DNA of 64,000 nt from Haemophilus parainfluenzae. GTDB taxonomy: Bacteria > Pseudomonadota > Gammaproteobacteria > Enterobacterales > Pasteurellaceae. The notes beneath the pieces were generated by a model, which saw only the letters and a list, made by a program, of their open reading frames with translations, did no database searches and had not been told where the DNA came from. The DNA is taken from positions 4,965-68,964 of the forward strand of contig JAGZOA010000009.1 of the NCBI GenBank assembly GCA_018363335.1, read 5' to 3'. Of the stretch, positions 55,048 through 64,000 are shown piece after piece (position 1 is the stretch's first letter; each line of letters opens with the position of its first letter). Made by a program: the position numbers and the translations under genes.

Positions 55048-55995
55048 ATGAGCCAAGAATATTTAGATTTTGAATTACCTATTGCTGAACTTGAAGCCAA
55101 AATTGAAGCGCTACGTTCAGCATCTGATGACAAAATTGATTTACACGATGAAATTAAACGCTTACAAAAGAAAAGCGATGAATTAACCAAAAAAACCTTT
55201 GCAAATCTTGATGCATGGCAGGTTTCTCGTATGGCGCGTCACCCAAATCGTCCATACACGCTTGATTATATCGAACATATTTTCACTGATTTCCAAGAAC
55301 TTGCAGGCGATCGTGCCTTTGCAGATGATAAAGCAATCGTAGGTGGTCTTGCTCGTTTAGATGGTCGCGCAGTAATGATTATCGGTCACCAAAAAGGTCG
55401 TACAGTAAAAGATAAAGTAACACGTAACTTTGGTATGCCAGCACCTGAAGGCTATCGTAAAGCATTACGTTTAATGCAAATGGCTGAGCGTTTTAACTTA
55501 CCTATTATTACCTTTATCGACACACCTGGGGCTTACCCGGGCATCGGTGCGGAAGAACGTGGTCAATCTGAAGCCATTGCTCGTAACTTACGTGAAATGT
55601 CTACCTTAAAAGTACCTGTTATCTGTACGGTAATCGGTGAAGGTGGTTCTGGTGGTGCATTAGCCATTGGTGTCGGTGACAAAGTGAATATGTTGCAATA
55701 TTCAACTTATTCCGTTATTTCACCAGAAGGTTGTGCGTCAATCTTATGGAAGAGTGCAGAAAAAGCCTCTACCGCAGCAGAAGTCATGGGCTTAACCGCA
55801 ACTCGTTTAAAAGAGTTAGGTTTAATTGATAATATTGTTCCAGAGCCATTAGGTGGTGCACATCGTAATTATCATGAAATGGCACGCAATTTAAAACAAT
55901 GTCTTGTTGAAGAACTAAACGAATTAGATACTTTCGACAAAGATGGCTTATTAGAAAGACGTTACGAACGTTTAATGTCTTATGGCTATTGTTAA
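55048..55995 (+). CDS. accA: acetyl-CoA carboxylase carboxyltransferase alpha subunit
   Basis: 315 aa, [23 protein letters not shown] matches AccA. Confidence 0.95.
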   Translation: MSQEYLDFELPIAELEAKIEALRSASDDKIDLHDEIKRLQKKSDELTKKTFANLDAWQVSRMARHPNRPYTLDYIEHIFTDFQELAGDRAFADDKAIVGGLARLDGRAVMIIGHQKGRTVKDKVTRNFGMPAPEGYRKALRLMQMAERFNLPIITFIDTPGAYPGIGAEERGQSEAIARNLREMSTLKVPVICTVIGEGGSGGALAIGVGDKVNMLQYSTYSVISPEGCASILWKSAEKASTAAEVMGLTATRLKELGLIDNIVPEPLGGAHRNYHEMARNLKQCLVEELNELDTFDKDGLLERRYERLMSYGYC

Positions 55996-56004
55996 TAATA
56001 TATA

Positions 56005-56036
56005 AAAAGAGCGGTTAATTTAACCGCTCTTTTTTG
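56005..56036 (+). terminator. accA terminator AAAGAGCGGTTA-attt-TAACCGCTCTTT plus T-tract
   Basis: 12-bp stem. Confidence 0.7.
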
Positions 56037-56107
56037 TGTTTAAAGAATAATACATGGATGCCAGAAAATGCATCAATGCCTAAAATAATATAAAAGGAGA
56101 ACTCAAA

Positions 56108-56974
56108 ATGAAAAATGTATTAGCAATTCAATCTCACGTGGTTTATGGATTTGCCGGTAATAAATCTGCTACCTTCCCAATGCAGCTATTAGGCGTGGAT
56201 GTATGGGCACTTAATACCGTTCAATTCTCTAACCATACCCAATATGGCAAATGGACGGGCATGGTGATTCCACAAGAACAAATTGGTGAAATTGCCAACG
56301 GTTTAGATGCCATTGGAAAACTGCAAGAATGTGATGCGTTACTTTCTGGCTATTTAGGTTCAGCTGAACAAGTTGACCAAATTATCTATGCTTTAGAGAA
56401 AATTAAAGCTCGTAACCCCAATGCACTTTACTTGTGCGATCCAGTGATGCCAAATGCCGAAAAAGTCTGCGTGGTAGCCGATGGTGTACGTGAACGCTTA
56501 ATTGAAAAAGCCATTCCACGTGCGGACATCATGACCCCAAATCTTTCCGAACTTCGTACACTTTCTGACTTCCCTATTAACACCTTTGACGATGTGCTCA
56601 AAGCCGCCAATGCATTAGTGGCTAAAGGTGTGAAAAAAGTGTTGGTCAAACACTTAGGAAAAGTAGGTAAGTTAAATGATCCTGATACCTTTGAAATCAT
56701 TATGGCGACACCTGAAGGCGTATGGCATTTAAGTCGTCCGCTTTATAAATTTAACTTTGAACCAGTTGGTGTGGGTGATTTAATTGCTGGGACTTTCTTG
56801 GCGCATTACTTAAACTGTGGCAACGATGTTGAAGCTTTTGAAAAAATGAATAATGCCGTGGCTGGTGTGATGAAAACCACGTTTGATTTGAAATCTTATG
56901 AACTCCAACCGATTGCTGCTCGTTTTGAAATCTTAAATCCAAGCACAAACTACAAAGCTGTTAAAGTTGCCTAA
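56108..56974 (+). CDS. pdxY: pyridoxal kinase PdxY
   Basis: 288 aa collinear with E. coli PdxY ([18 protein letters not shown]). Confidence 0.8.
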   Translation: MKNVLAIQSHVVYGFAGNKSATFPMQLLGVDVWALNTVQFSNHTQYGKWTGMVIPQEQIGEIANGLDAIGKLQECDALLSGYLGSAEQVDQIIYALEKIKARNPNALYLCDPVMPNAEKVCVVADGVRERLIEKAIPRADIMTPNLSELRTLSDFPINTFDDVLKAANALVAKGVKKVLVKHLGKVGKLNDPDTFEIIMATPEGVWHLSRPLYKFNFEPVGVGDLIAGTFLAHYLNCGNDVEAFEKMNNAVAGVMKTTFDLKSYELQPIAARFEILNPSTNYKAVKVA

Positions 56975-58266
56975 TGGATCTTTTTTCATTATTCCAAGCA
57001 CAAATTCCCACCACCGCCAATAAGCTGCTCATCGCTTTTAGCGGTGGTTTGGATTCAACTGCACTGCTTTCTTTAGTTAAAAAACTCAGCGAAAAACGAC
57101 CGCACTTAAGCCTGCGAGCTATTCATATCCATCACGGATTAAGCCCGAATTCGGATACTTGGACGGCTCATTGCCAACAACTCTGTGAACAATTTGCGAT
57201 TCCACTTATTATTGAAAAAGTCAAAGTGGAAATGCACGATGGTATTGAGGCTGGCGCAAGAGAAGCCCGTTATCGGGCTATTTCAACACATATTCAGCCT
57301 GATGAATATCTGGTCACAGCGCATCATTTAAATGATCAAACTGAAACCTTTTTCCTTGCATTAAAACGAGGTGCCGGGTTACAGGGTTTAGGTGCCATGC
57401 AAAAAGAAAGTCAATTATTTGGGATGCCTATTCTACGCCCACTCCTTTCTTTTAGCCGAAATGAATTAGAAGATTACGTTCAGCAAGAAAATCTGTCTTG
57501 GGTCGAAGACGAAAGCAATCAAAATAATCATTACGATCGCAATTTTTTACGCAACCAAATTTTGCCTGAATTACGCCAACGTTGGGGGCATTTTGATCAT
57601 GCTGTTCAGCGTGCCGCACAACATTGTTTTGAGCAACAGCAACTGATTAATGAATTATTACAAGATTGTTTTAAGCAGCACATTCTTGAGGATCAAAAAC
57701 AATTTTCGCTCATAAACTTTCTAGACTATTCATCGCCAAAACAAACCGCACTTTTGCGAATGTGGTTAGCTAAAAATCAGATTGCCATGCCAACGCGGAT
57801 TCAATTAATGCATATTATTGATGATGTTATTCAGGCTAAAGCGGATGCCTCCCCGCAATTCCAACTTGGGGAACATATTATTCGTCGTTATCAGGAATGT
57901 CTTTATTTAACGGGAAAATTCGCTGATTTGTCGCAAACTTGTCTTGATATGCCGTTAAATCAACAGATTACCTTGCCTGATAATCTTGGAACAATTTATG
58001 CTGCCCACAATACGAAAGGCATTTTAGTGCATTGGAATGACAAACAGGTTCAACTTGCTGATACACAAGAGCCGATTCAAATACGATTTGCTTATACTGG
58101 CAAAGTGAAACGACAGCATAATCGCCCTGCCGAAACCATGAAAAAAATTTGGCAAGAGCTCGGCGTTCCGCCTTGGCAACGAAATCGTATTCCTCTCATT
58201 TTTTATGGTGAGACTTTACAAAGTGCGGTGGGATTTTTCCGTGTTTTTCAAAATGAAGAAAAATAA
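56974..58266 (+). CDS. tilS: tRNA(Ile)-lysidine synthetase
   Basis: 430 aa, PP-loop SGGLDS; start overlaps pdxY stop. Confidence 0.85.
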   Translation: MDLFSLFQAQIPTTANKLLIAFSGGLDSTALLSLVKKLSEKRPHLSLRAIHIHHGLSPNSDTWTAHCQQLCEQFAIPLIIEKVKVEMHDGIEAGAREARYRAISTHIQPDEYLVTAHHLNDQTETFFLALKRGAGLQGLGAMQKESQLFGMPILRPLLSFSRNELEDYVQQENLSWVEDESNQNNHYDRNFLRNQILPELRQRWGHFDHAVQRAAQHCFEQQQLINELLQDCFKQHILEDQKQFSLINFLDYSSPKQTALLRMWLAKNQIAMPTRIQLMHIIDDVIQAKADASPQFQLGEHIIRRYQECLYLTGKFADLSQTCLDMPLNQQITLPDNLGTIYAAHNTKGILVHWNDKQVQLADTQEPIQIRFAYTGKVKRQHNRPAETMKKIWQELGVPPWQRNRIPLIFYGETLQSAVGFFRVFQNEEK

Positions 58267-58281
58267 AAAATGGGTGATGAT

Positions 58282-58953
58282 TCACCCATTTTTATGATTA
58301 AGAAAAGCGTTTAAAATGCCTGCTGTAAATTCTTTCCGTAAATAAAACCCCAGCGGCAAGGTATCAATCACTTCCCCATTTTTACCAATGCCTTTCGTAA
58401 TGGCTTTACTGTTTGCACCTTTTGGACGCAGTTGCATAACTTCACCAATACGTGCCGTAATCTGATCTAACTTTCCGAGCACAATATAATCCATCAACTC
58501 TTCCCAATCTTGGCGTAATTGATGTTCTTGCTCAATCGAAGGTTGCCATAAGATAGGCTGACCAATATGACGCTCACGCAAAGGAATATCTCGACTACCT
58601 TCAATAGGAATCCACAAAACTTTTGATAATTTATGACGAACGTGCGAATTTTCCCAATTTACTCCGGCATTTTGAACCAAGGGCGCAAGGCTCACAAACG
58701 TGGTTTCCAACGGAAAACCTTCGGCATTGATGGGTAAGGTTTTTAATTCGATGCCTAAATGGGAAAAGTCCTGCTCTGCTTTACTGCCGGCAGTCGCTCC
58801 TAATGCGGTTTCAAGCAACATTCCAACCCAACCTTTATCGCGTTTTAAATCAGGCGGAACGGGTATATTTAATTCATCTGCAAGTTCGCCAAAGGTTAAC
58901 CCCGCAATAGATTGTGCTTTTTCTAATAAGGCTTGTTCGGTTTGTGGGATCAT
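58282..58953 (-). CDS. mutH: DNA mismatch repair endonuclease MutH
   Basis: 223 aa collinear with E. coli MutH ([14 protein letters not shown]). Confidence 0.9.
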   Translation of the reverse strand: MIPQTEQALLEKAQSIAGLTFGELADELNIPVPPDLKRDKGWVGMLLETALGATAGSKAEQDFSHLGIELKTLPINAEGFPLETTFVSLAPLVQNAGVNWENSHVRHKLSKVLWIPIEGSRDIPLRERHIGQPILWQPSIEQEHQLRQDWEELMDYIVLGKLDQITARIGEVMQLRPKGANSKAITKGIGKNGEVIDTLPLGFYLRKEFTAGILNAFLNHKNG

Positions 58954-59489
58954 TCGTGGTATTTCTTCAATAATTTCGGTTTAACGTATTCTACGCCTTT
59001 GTCGATGTAAGGAATATTTTCTAGTTTCAATAAAAAGCGTTTTGCCGGCAATCCACCACCAAAACCGGTAATTTCACATTTTTTCCCTAATACACGATGA
59101 CATGGAATAATAATACTAATAGGATTACTCCCTACTGCGCCGCCAACTGCTCGCACCGCCTTAGGGTTATTGATGCTTTCGGCTAATCCACCATAACTGG
59201 CTGTTTTACCATAAGGAATTTGACATAATGCATTCCAAATTGCTTGTTGAAATGCGGTCCCTTTAGGCGATAAAGGAATATCGGAGAAACTTTCTGGCTC
59301 GCCATTAAAATAACGCCTTAAAGCACACCGCACTTTTTCAAAAAGCGGTAAATCCTCTCTCAAAATCCAATTTGGATTCGGCGTGGTTTGTTCTAATTCA
59401 CAATCTAAATTTGTTAAATGTTCACCATCAGAAAGCATTAATAACCGACCAATTGGTGAATCCATATAAGCATAAAAAAGTACGGTCAT
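58950..59489 (-). CDS. ogt: methylated-DNA--protein-cysteine methyltransferase
   Basis: 179 aa with active-site IPCHRV. Confidence 0.85.
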   Translation of the reverse strand: MTVLFYAYMDSPIGRLLMLSDGEHLTNLDCELEQTTPNPNWILREDLPLFEKVRCALRRYFNGEPESFSDIPLSPKGTAFQQAIWNALCQIPYGKTASYGGLAESINNPKAVRAVGGAVGSNPISIIIPCHRVLGKKCEITGFGGGLPAKRFLLKLENIPYIDKGVEYVKPKLLKKYHE

Positions 59490-59578
59490 TTTTCTCTCGT
59501 TTTTATGAAGTCATATAAGAAAAAAGCACACCGAACATACATTCGGTGTGCTACGTATTATGCTAAATTTTTTACAAA

Positions 59579-60958
59579 TTAGAAACTGTAGTTTAAGTTT
59601 AAACCGTAAAGGTTAGCACTTGATTTAACTTTAAATTGACCTGATAAACCTTCTTTAAAGCTATTTTTCTTACCATGTAAGTGTGCGTATCCAAAATCAG
59701 CTGATAAGTTTGGAGTAAAACGATAGGTTGCCCCTAAGCTATACCACATACGATCTGTGTCTGGAATTGAAATTGATGGATGATTGATACTTGCATTCTT
59801 ATCATAAGCAACACCTGCTCTCACTGTTAACGCTTCGGTTGCATCATAAGAGAAACCTAATGCATAACGTGAAGAATTACTGAATTTTTCATCTTTGTGG
59901 AATAAAACATTTCCGCTTTCACCATATGCAGTTAAGCTTTTCAAACGTTTCCATTCAGTATATTTATAGCTATATTGAACCGCTAATTTATCCGTTAATT
60001 TATGGAATCCAGAAAACTCCCAATAAGCTGGCAAGTGTAAGGTTAAACTACCAGGAATGTTCTCTCCTCCGGTTGCCTGAGTAATTGGCAAGGCAACGCC
60101 AGTATTTGCTAACTGGGATAATAACGCGTTATATGCTACAGGAAATTCATTTGAATAATTGCCTTTAAATTTAACGTTTACTGCGGAGTGATACGCTAAG
60201 CCCCAACGGTGATTTTCATTGAGTTTATAAGTTAAACCCGCATTCCATCCAAGACTCCATTTATCACCTTTAATTTTTGATACAGATGTATTTGCAGGTG
60301 CATTTGCTAACTGGTTAGCTACTGCAGATAACTGTGTTGCTTGAGCAACCTGGCCAGCTGCACTTAATTTTGTCGCCATTGCACCTAATTGCTGAGCAAT
60401 TGCTTTACCACCGATACCTAAATGACGTTGAACTTCTGCATCAGAATAAATTGTATTTACACCAACACCAAAACTAAAGCCGTAGCCTAAATCATATGCA
60501 CCACTTAAATTAAAATTTAATGCTTTTAATTCTGTTCGACCACCATATACACCAGCAGCGTATGTATCGTTATATTCAGATTTTAAACCATAATTAACGT
60601 TCATACCGCCGCCCAATGCGAAGCGATCATTTACAGGCACAACCACATACATATTAGGTATGATTGCAGTAGGAATAACGTTTTTATGATTAGCTGGTAC
60701 TCCACCAATAGAACCAGTGACATCAACATCAGCATCAACAAAAACACCACCAGCAGACAACTCTGCTTTTTTAAACTCAGTCATTAATGCTGGGTTAGTT
60801 GCAACTACTGAAGCATTATCAGCAACAGCTGCATTTCCTGCATAAGCCATTCCTAGGCCTGAGGTAGAAATTTCTGCTAATTGGAATGCTGCTGCATTTG
60901 CACCGCTTGCAGCGGATAACATCGCCATTGCTAATAGCGTTTTATTAAATTTTGTCAT
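59579..60958 (-). CDS. fadL: FadL-family outer membrane long-chain fatty acid / hydrophobic compound channel (OmpP1-like)
   Basis: 459 aa, signal peptide, beta-barrel ending ...YSF; FadL/OmpP1 family; neighbour yfcZ as in E. coli. Confidence 0.85.
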   Translation of the reverse strand: MTKFNKTLLAMAMLSAASGANAAAFQLAEISTSGLGMAYAGNAAVADNASVVATNPALMTEFKKAELSAGGVFVDADVDVTGSIGGVPANHKNVIPTAIIPNMYVVVPVNDRFALGGGMNVNYGLKSEYNDTYAAGVYGGRTELKALNFNLSGAYDLGYGFSFGVGVNTIYSDAEVQRHLGIGGKAIAQQLGAMATKLSAAGQVAQATQLSAVANQLANAPANTSVSKIKGDKWSLGWNAGLTYKLNENHRWGLAYHSAVNVKFKGNYSNEFPVAYNALLSQLANTGVALPITQATGGENIPGSLTLHLPAYWEFSGFHKLTDKLAVQYSYKYTEWKRLKSLTAYGESGNVLFHKDEKFSNSSRYALGFSYDATEALTVRAGVAYDKNASINHPSISIPDTDRMWYSLGATYRFTPNLSADFGYAHLHGKKNSFKEGLSGQFKVKSSANLYGLNLNYSF

Positions 60959-61048
60959 TTGGAACCTTTGTTATTAATAATAATGAAAAAATCCGCGAGA
61001 TTCTAAAACTCCAATAAATGGAGTGCAAATTATTTCATACTAATTTGT

Positions 61049-61066
61049 AAGTGTTCCGACCAGTGA
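61049..61066. promoter_or_regulatory. FadR-like operator (revcomp TCACTGGTCGGAACACTT) about 90 bp upstream of fadL homologue
   Basis: Matches ANCTGGTCnGACCnGTT consensus at 14/17 positions. Confidence 0.4.
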
Positions 61067-61166
61067 TAAACAAATGATATTTAAATTAAAAAAATGTAGT
61101 TACTTTTGCAGGTGGCTCAAAAGTGCTAAAATATAATCAATCTTAATTTTAAAATAAGGAAATCCT

Positions 61167-61454
61167 ATGACAGTAACATGCAAAGCAGAAGAATCTCTCA
61201 CTTGTAGTTGTGTTGATGTGGGTACGATTATTGACGGTTCAGATTGCTCTGTTGATATTCATCAAACCTATGCGAATAAAGCTGAAGCTGAAGCGGCACT
61301 TAATCGTTTCATTGAAAAAGCACGCAAAACAGAAAGCGATCCTTGCGACATTAAAAGTGAAATCACTGAAACTGAAAATGGCGCAAATTTAACAGCTCGC
61401 TTTACATTTAGCTGCCAAGCTGAAGCGATGATTTTTGAATTAGCGAATCGCTAA
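61167..61454 (+). CDS. yfcZ: YfcZ/DUF406 family protein
   Basis: 95 aa collinear with E. coli YfcZ (CCCMDVGTIMDNSDC ~ CSCVDVGTIIDGSDC). Confidence 0.85.
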   Translation: MTVTCKAEESLTCSCVDVGTIIDGSDCSVDIHQTYANKAEAEAALNRFIEKARKTESDPCDIKSEITETENGANLTARFTFSCQAEAMIFELANR

Positions 61455-61471
61455 AAACACATTAAAAAAAT

Positions 61472-61505
61472 AACCGCACTTTATCCTTTAAAATAAAGTG
61501 CGGTT
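61472..61505. terminator. inverted USS pair hairpin after yfcZ
   Basis: AACCGCACTTTATCCTTTAAAATAAAGTGCGGTT. Confidence 0.6.
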
Positions 61506-61536
61506 ATTTTTTTAGTTAAAACCCAATTAAATCACT

Positions 61537-61552
61537 ATCGCAAACGTTTGCT
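61537..61552. promoter_or_regulatory. PurR box ATCGCAAACGTTTGCT upstream of purMN
   Basis: Close match to ACGCAAACGTTTGCGT consensus. Confidence 0.6.
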
Positions 61553-61608
61553 CAATCTGATACAATCACGCCGTTTTATCATTTAACCTAAAAATATAGG
61601 ATAACATT

Positions 61609-62646
61609 GTGAGCAAACCATCATTAAGTTATAAAGATGCAGGCGTGGATATTAATGCCGGTAATGAATTAGTTGAACGTATTAAACCACATGTGAAACG
61701 AACCACTCGTCCTGAAGTCATCGGCGGATTAGGTGGGTTTGGTGCACTATGTGCCATTCCGAACAAATATAAAGAACCTATCCTTGTTTCCGGTACAGAC
61801 GGTGTAGGCACCAAATTACGTTTAGCCATTGACTTAAAAAAACACGATACCATCGGTATTGATTTGGTTGCAATGTGTGTTAACGATTTAGTCGTACAAG
61901 GTGCAGAACCACTATTCTTCTTAGATTACTATGCGACTGGAAAACTTGAAGTCGATGTTGCCTCTGACGTAGTAAAAGGCATTGCAGAAGGCTGTGTGCA
62001 ATCGGGTTGTGCATTAGTCGGCGGTGAAACTGCTGAAATGCCGGGTATGTACCACGCAGGTGATTATGACCTTGCAGGTTTCTGTGTGGGAGTGGTCGAA
62101 AAATCAGAAATCATTGATGGTAGCCAAGTTAAAGTCGGTGATGCTTTAATTGCACTAGGTTCAAGTGGCCCACATTCAAACGGTTATTCTTTAATTCGTA
62201 AAGTCATTGATGTTGCTAGCGTCAACCCTGCTACTGAGCAATTAAATGGTCGTCCATTAAGTGAACAAGTACTTGCACCGACAAAAATCTATGTGAAATC
62301 TGTTCTCGCTTTAATCAAACAAACGGAAGTCCATGCTATCGCACACTTAACGGGTGGCGGTTTCTGGGAAAATATCCCTCGTGTATTACCGAAAAATACT
62401 AAAGCGGTCATTGATGAAAGTAGCTGGGAATGGCAACCGGTGTTCAAATGGTTACAAGAAAAAGGCAACATTGAAACCTATGAAATGTACCGTACATTTA
62501 ACTGTGGCGTGGGCATGGTGATTGCATTACCACAATCAGAAGTAGAAACCGCTTTAGCGATTTTAAAGCAATCAGGTGAAAATGCCTGGTTAATCGGTCA
62601 TATCGAAAGTGCGACAGATGACGAACCACAAGTTATCATTAAATGA
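61609..62646 (+). CDS. purM: phosphoribosylformylglycinamidine cyclo-ligase (AIR synthetase); GTG start
   Basis: 345 aa collinear with E. coli PurM. Confidence 0.95.
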   Translation: MSKPSLSYKDAGVDINAGNELVERIKPHVKRTTRPEVIGGLGGFGALCAIPNKYKEPILVSGTDGVGTKLRLAIDLKKHDTIGIDLVAMCVNDLVVQGAEPLFFLDYYATGKLEVDVASDVVKGIAEGCVQSGCALVGGETAEMPGMYHAGDYDLAGFCVGVVEKSEIIDGSQVKVGDALIALGSSGPHSNGYSLIRKVIDVASVNPATEQLNGRPLSEQVLAPTKIYVKSVLALIKQTEVHAIAHLTGGGFWENIPRVLPKNTKAVIDESSWEWQPVFKWLQEKGNIETYEMYRTFNCGVGMVIALPQSEVETALAILKQSGENAWLIGHIESATDDEPQVIIK

Positions 62647-62702
62647 TATCTCTTTTCCATCTCAGGGCGAAAATTTCAGAATGAAAGGTTCGCCCTTCTT
62701 TT

Positions 62703-63353
62703 ATGTTGAATAATATGAAAAAAATTGCCGTCCTAATTTCAGGGCAAGGATCGAATCTTCAAGCGATAATTGAGGCTTGTCAAGCAGGCTTTATTCCAGG
62801 AAAGATTGTGACTGTCATCAGTAATAAAATCGATTCATTTGGCTTAGAACGCGCTAAAAGTGCGGGTATTCCTAGCCGAGTTTTTTTGCGCCAAGATTTT
62901 GCCTCTAATCTCGATATGGATAAAGCTATCGGTGATTATTTAGACGATCTCAATGTTGATCTCATTGTGTTAGCTGGTTACATGAAAATCTTAACCAAAC
63001 CATTCACACAACGTTTTGTGGGGAAAATTTTAAATATTCATCCTTCCCTTCTGCCAAAATATCCTGGGTTGCATACTTATCAAAGAGCACTTGAGAATGG
63101 CGAGAGTGAACACGGTACAACTGTGCATTTTGTCAATGAAGAGATCGATGGTGGTGCCATTGTATTACAAGCCAAAGTGCCTATTTTTCCTGGCGATACT
63201 GTCGAGGATATTGAGCTTCGAACTCGTGAACAGGAATATCACATTTATCCTTTAGTGATTAAATGGTTTGTCGAAGATCGATTAAAACTCATTGAAAATC
63301 AAGCCTATTTAGACAGCAAACCGTTGCCACAGAATGGTTACGCTAATGAGTAA
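62703..63353 (+). CDS. purN: phosphoribosylglycinamide formyltransferase (start probably MKKIAV at 62715)
   Basis: 216 aa, GAR Tfase motifs (NIHPSLLP). Confidence 0.9.
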   Translation: MLNNMKKIAVLISGQGSNLQAIIEACQAGFIPGKIVTVISNKIDSFGLERAKSAGIPSRVFLRQDFASNLDMDKAIGDYLDDLNVDLIVLAGYMKILTKPFTQRFVGKILNIHPSLLPKYPGLHTYQRALENGESEHGTTVHFVNEEIDGGAIVLQAKVPIFPGDTVEDIELRTREQEYHIYPLVIKWFVEDRLKLIENQAYLDSKPLPQNGYANE

Positions 63354-63465
63354 AGCGATATACGCTCTTGAAAAGAGTGACTTAAATCACCATTAAACAA
63401 CCTGATTTTATGAAAAAAACAATAAACCCTGTATAATCGGGATTTTATTATTGTGGGATATAATA

Positions 63466-64000
63466 TGCCAATTAACTTTACTCAGATTTTTCAAGATAGC
63501 CTCAACTTTATGCGTAATCAGCGAAAAACCGTGCTGCTTTTCGTTGGGGTTTTCATTGCATCACAATTTATCAATGCATTAGTCAGTGTCCCAATGCCGA
63601 GTTTAGGTAATAATCCTGATCCATCGCAACAGGATATTATTAATGCATTGAGCAAAGTGGAGCCAACTGCACTGATTGGATCTTTTTTATTCCAACAATT
63701 GTTAATGTCTTTTATTGCAACCTTCGGTATTGCAACTATTCATCATATCAGTCAGCAAAATCAAAATCCGATTAATCAAGGGCTCATGCTGACATTGCGT
63801 CGTTTTTTAGGTGTGGTGGTTTTAGATATTTTTATGAGTTTGCCACTTTTATTTGGCCTTGCTGATGTCATGAGCTCATCTTTAAGCAAAGATGAGCTCT
63901 CTCCTTTAAGCCAAAATGCGCTCTCTCCCCTAGCCTTTGTTTCAATGGTATTTGGTTTATTTTTCTTTGTTCGCCTATGCTTATCGCCTGTGCATTACAT
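63466..64000 (+). CDS. YciC/UPF0259-like inner membrane protein, 5' part (continues past window end)
   Basis: MPINFTQIFQDSLNFMRNQRKTVLLFVGVF resembles E. coli YciC N-terminus (FFRNQ). Confidence 0.45.

Overview
Pasteurellaceae chromosomal segment, Haemophilus-like: Hin-type uptake signal sequences (AAGTGCGGT / ACCGCACTT) are abundant, often as inverted pairs forming terminator hairpins, and the Pal protein is near-identical to H. influenzae P6 as I recall it. Almost the whole window is conserved core genes in compact operons. Gene content in order: galM(partial)-galK-galT (-) with divergent galR; mglBAC; a lone AT-rich SAM-methyltransferase-like gene; the isc Fe-S cluster locus (iscX-fdx-hscA-[hypothetical]-hscB-iscA-[membrane ORF]-iscU-iscS-iscR)-trmJ; three tandem tRNA-Lys; pal-tolB-tolA-tolR-tolQ-ybgC; ybgE-cydX-cydB-cydA; ruvB-ruvA-ruvC; yebC, nudB; a divergent NRAMP-like transporter; aspS; cmoA (no cmoB); an 875-aa polytopic membrane protein with a C-terminal GDYxxLxY motif; gloA, rnt; an IT-superfamily (NhaC/YuiF-like) transporter preceded by a His-codon-rich leader peptide and attenuator-like terminator; priC-like; tRNA-Ser(UGA); rne; rluC-hfq-hflX; short-form tyrR; a 4-gene iron-siderophore-type ABC importer (no TonB receptor nearby); mepM divergent from znuCB; accA; pdxY-tilS; mutH-ogt; the fadL homologue (OmpP1) divergent from yfcZ; purMN; start of a yciC-like gene. 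Many cis-regulatory sites are readable directly: GalR operators plus CRP sites at gal and mgl, an IscR palindrome overlapping the isc promoter, an FNR box upstream of cydA, a LexA-like box at ruvA, a TyrR box at tyrR, a FadR-like box at the fadL homologue, a PurR box at purM, and a palindrome between mepM and znuC. No CRISPR array, integrase, transposase or prophage genes were seen. The most interesting candidates: (1) a putative histidine-responsive leader-peptide attenuator ahead of the YuiF/NhaC-like transporter, (2) a low-GC orphan methyltransferase between mglC and iscX, (3) extra genes embedded in the isc locus, (4) the large DUF2157/DUF4401/GDYxxLxY-type membrane protein, and (5) an NRAMP-like transporter lacking the canonical DPGN metal-binding motif.
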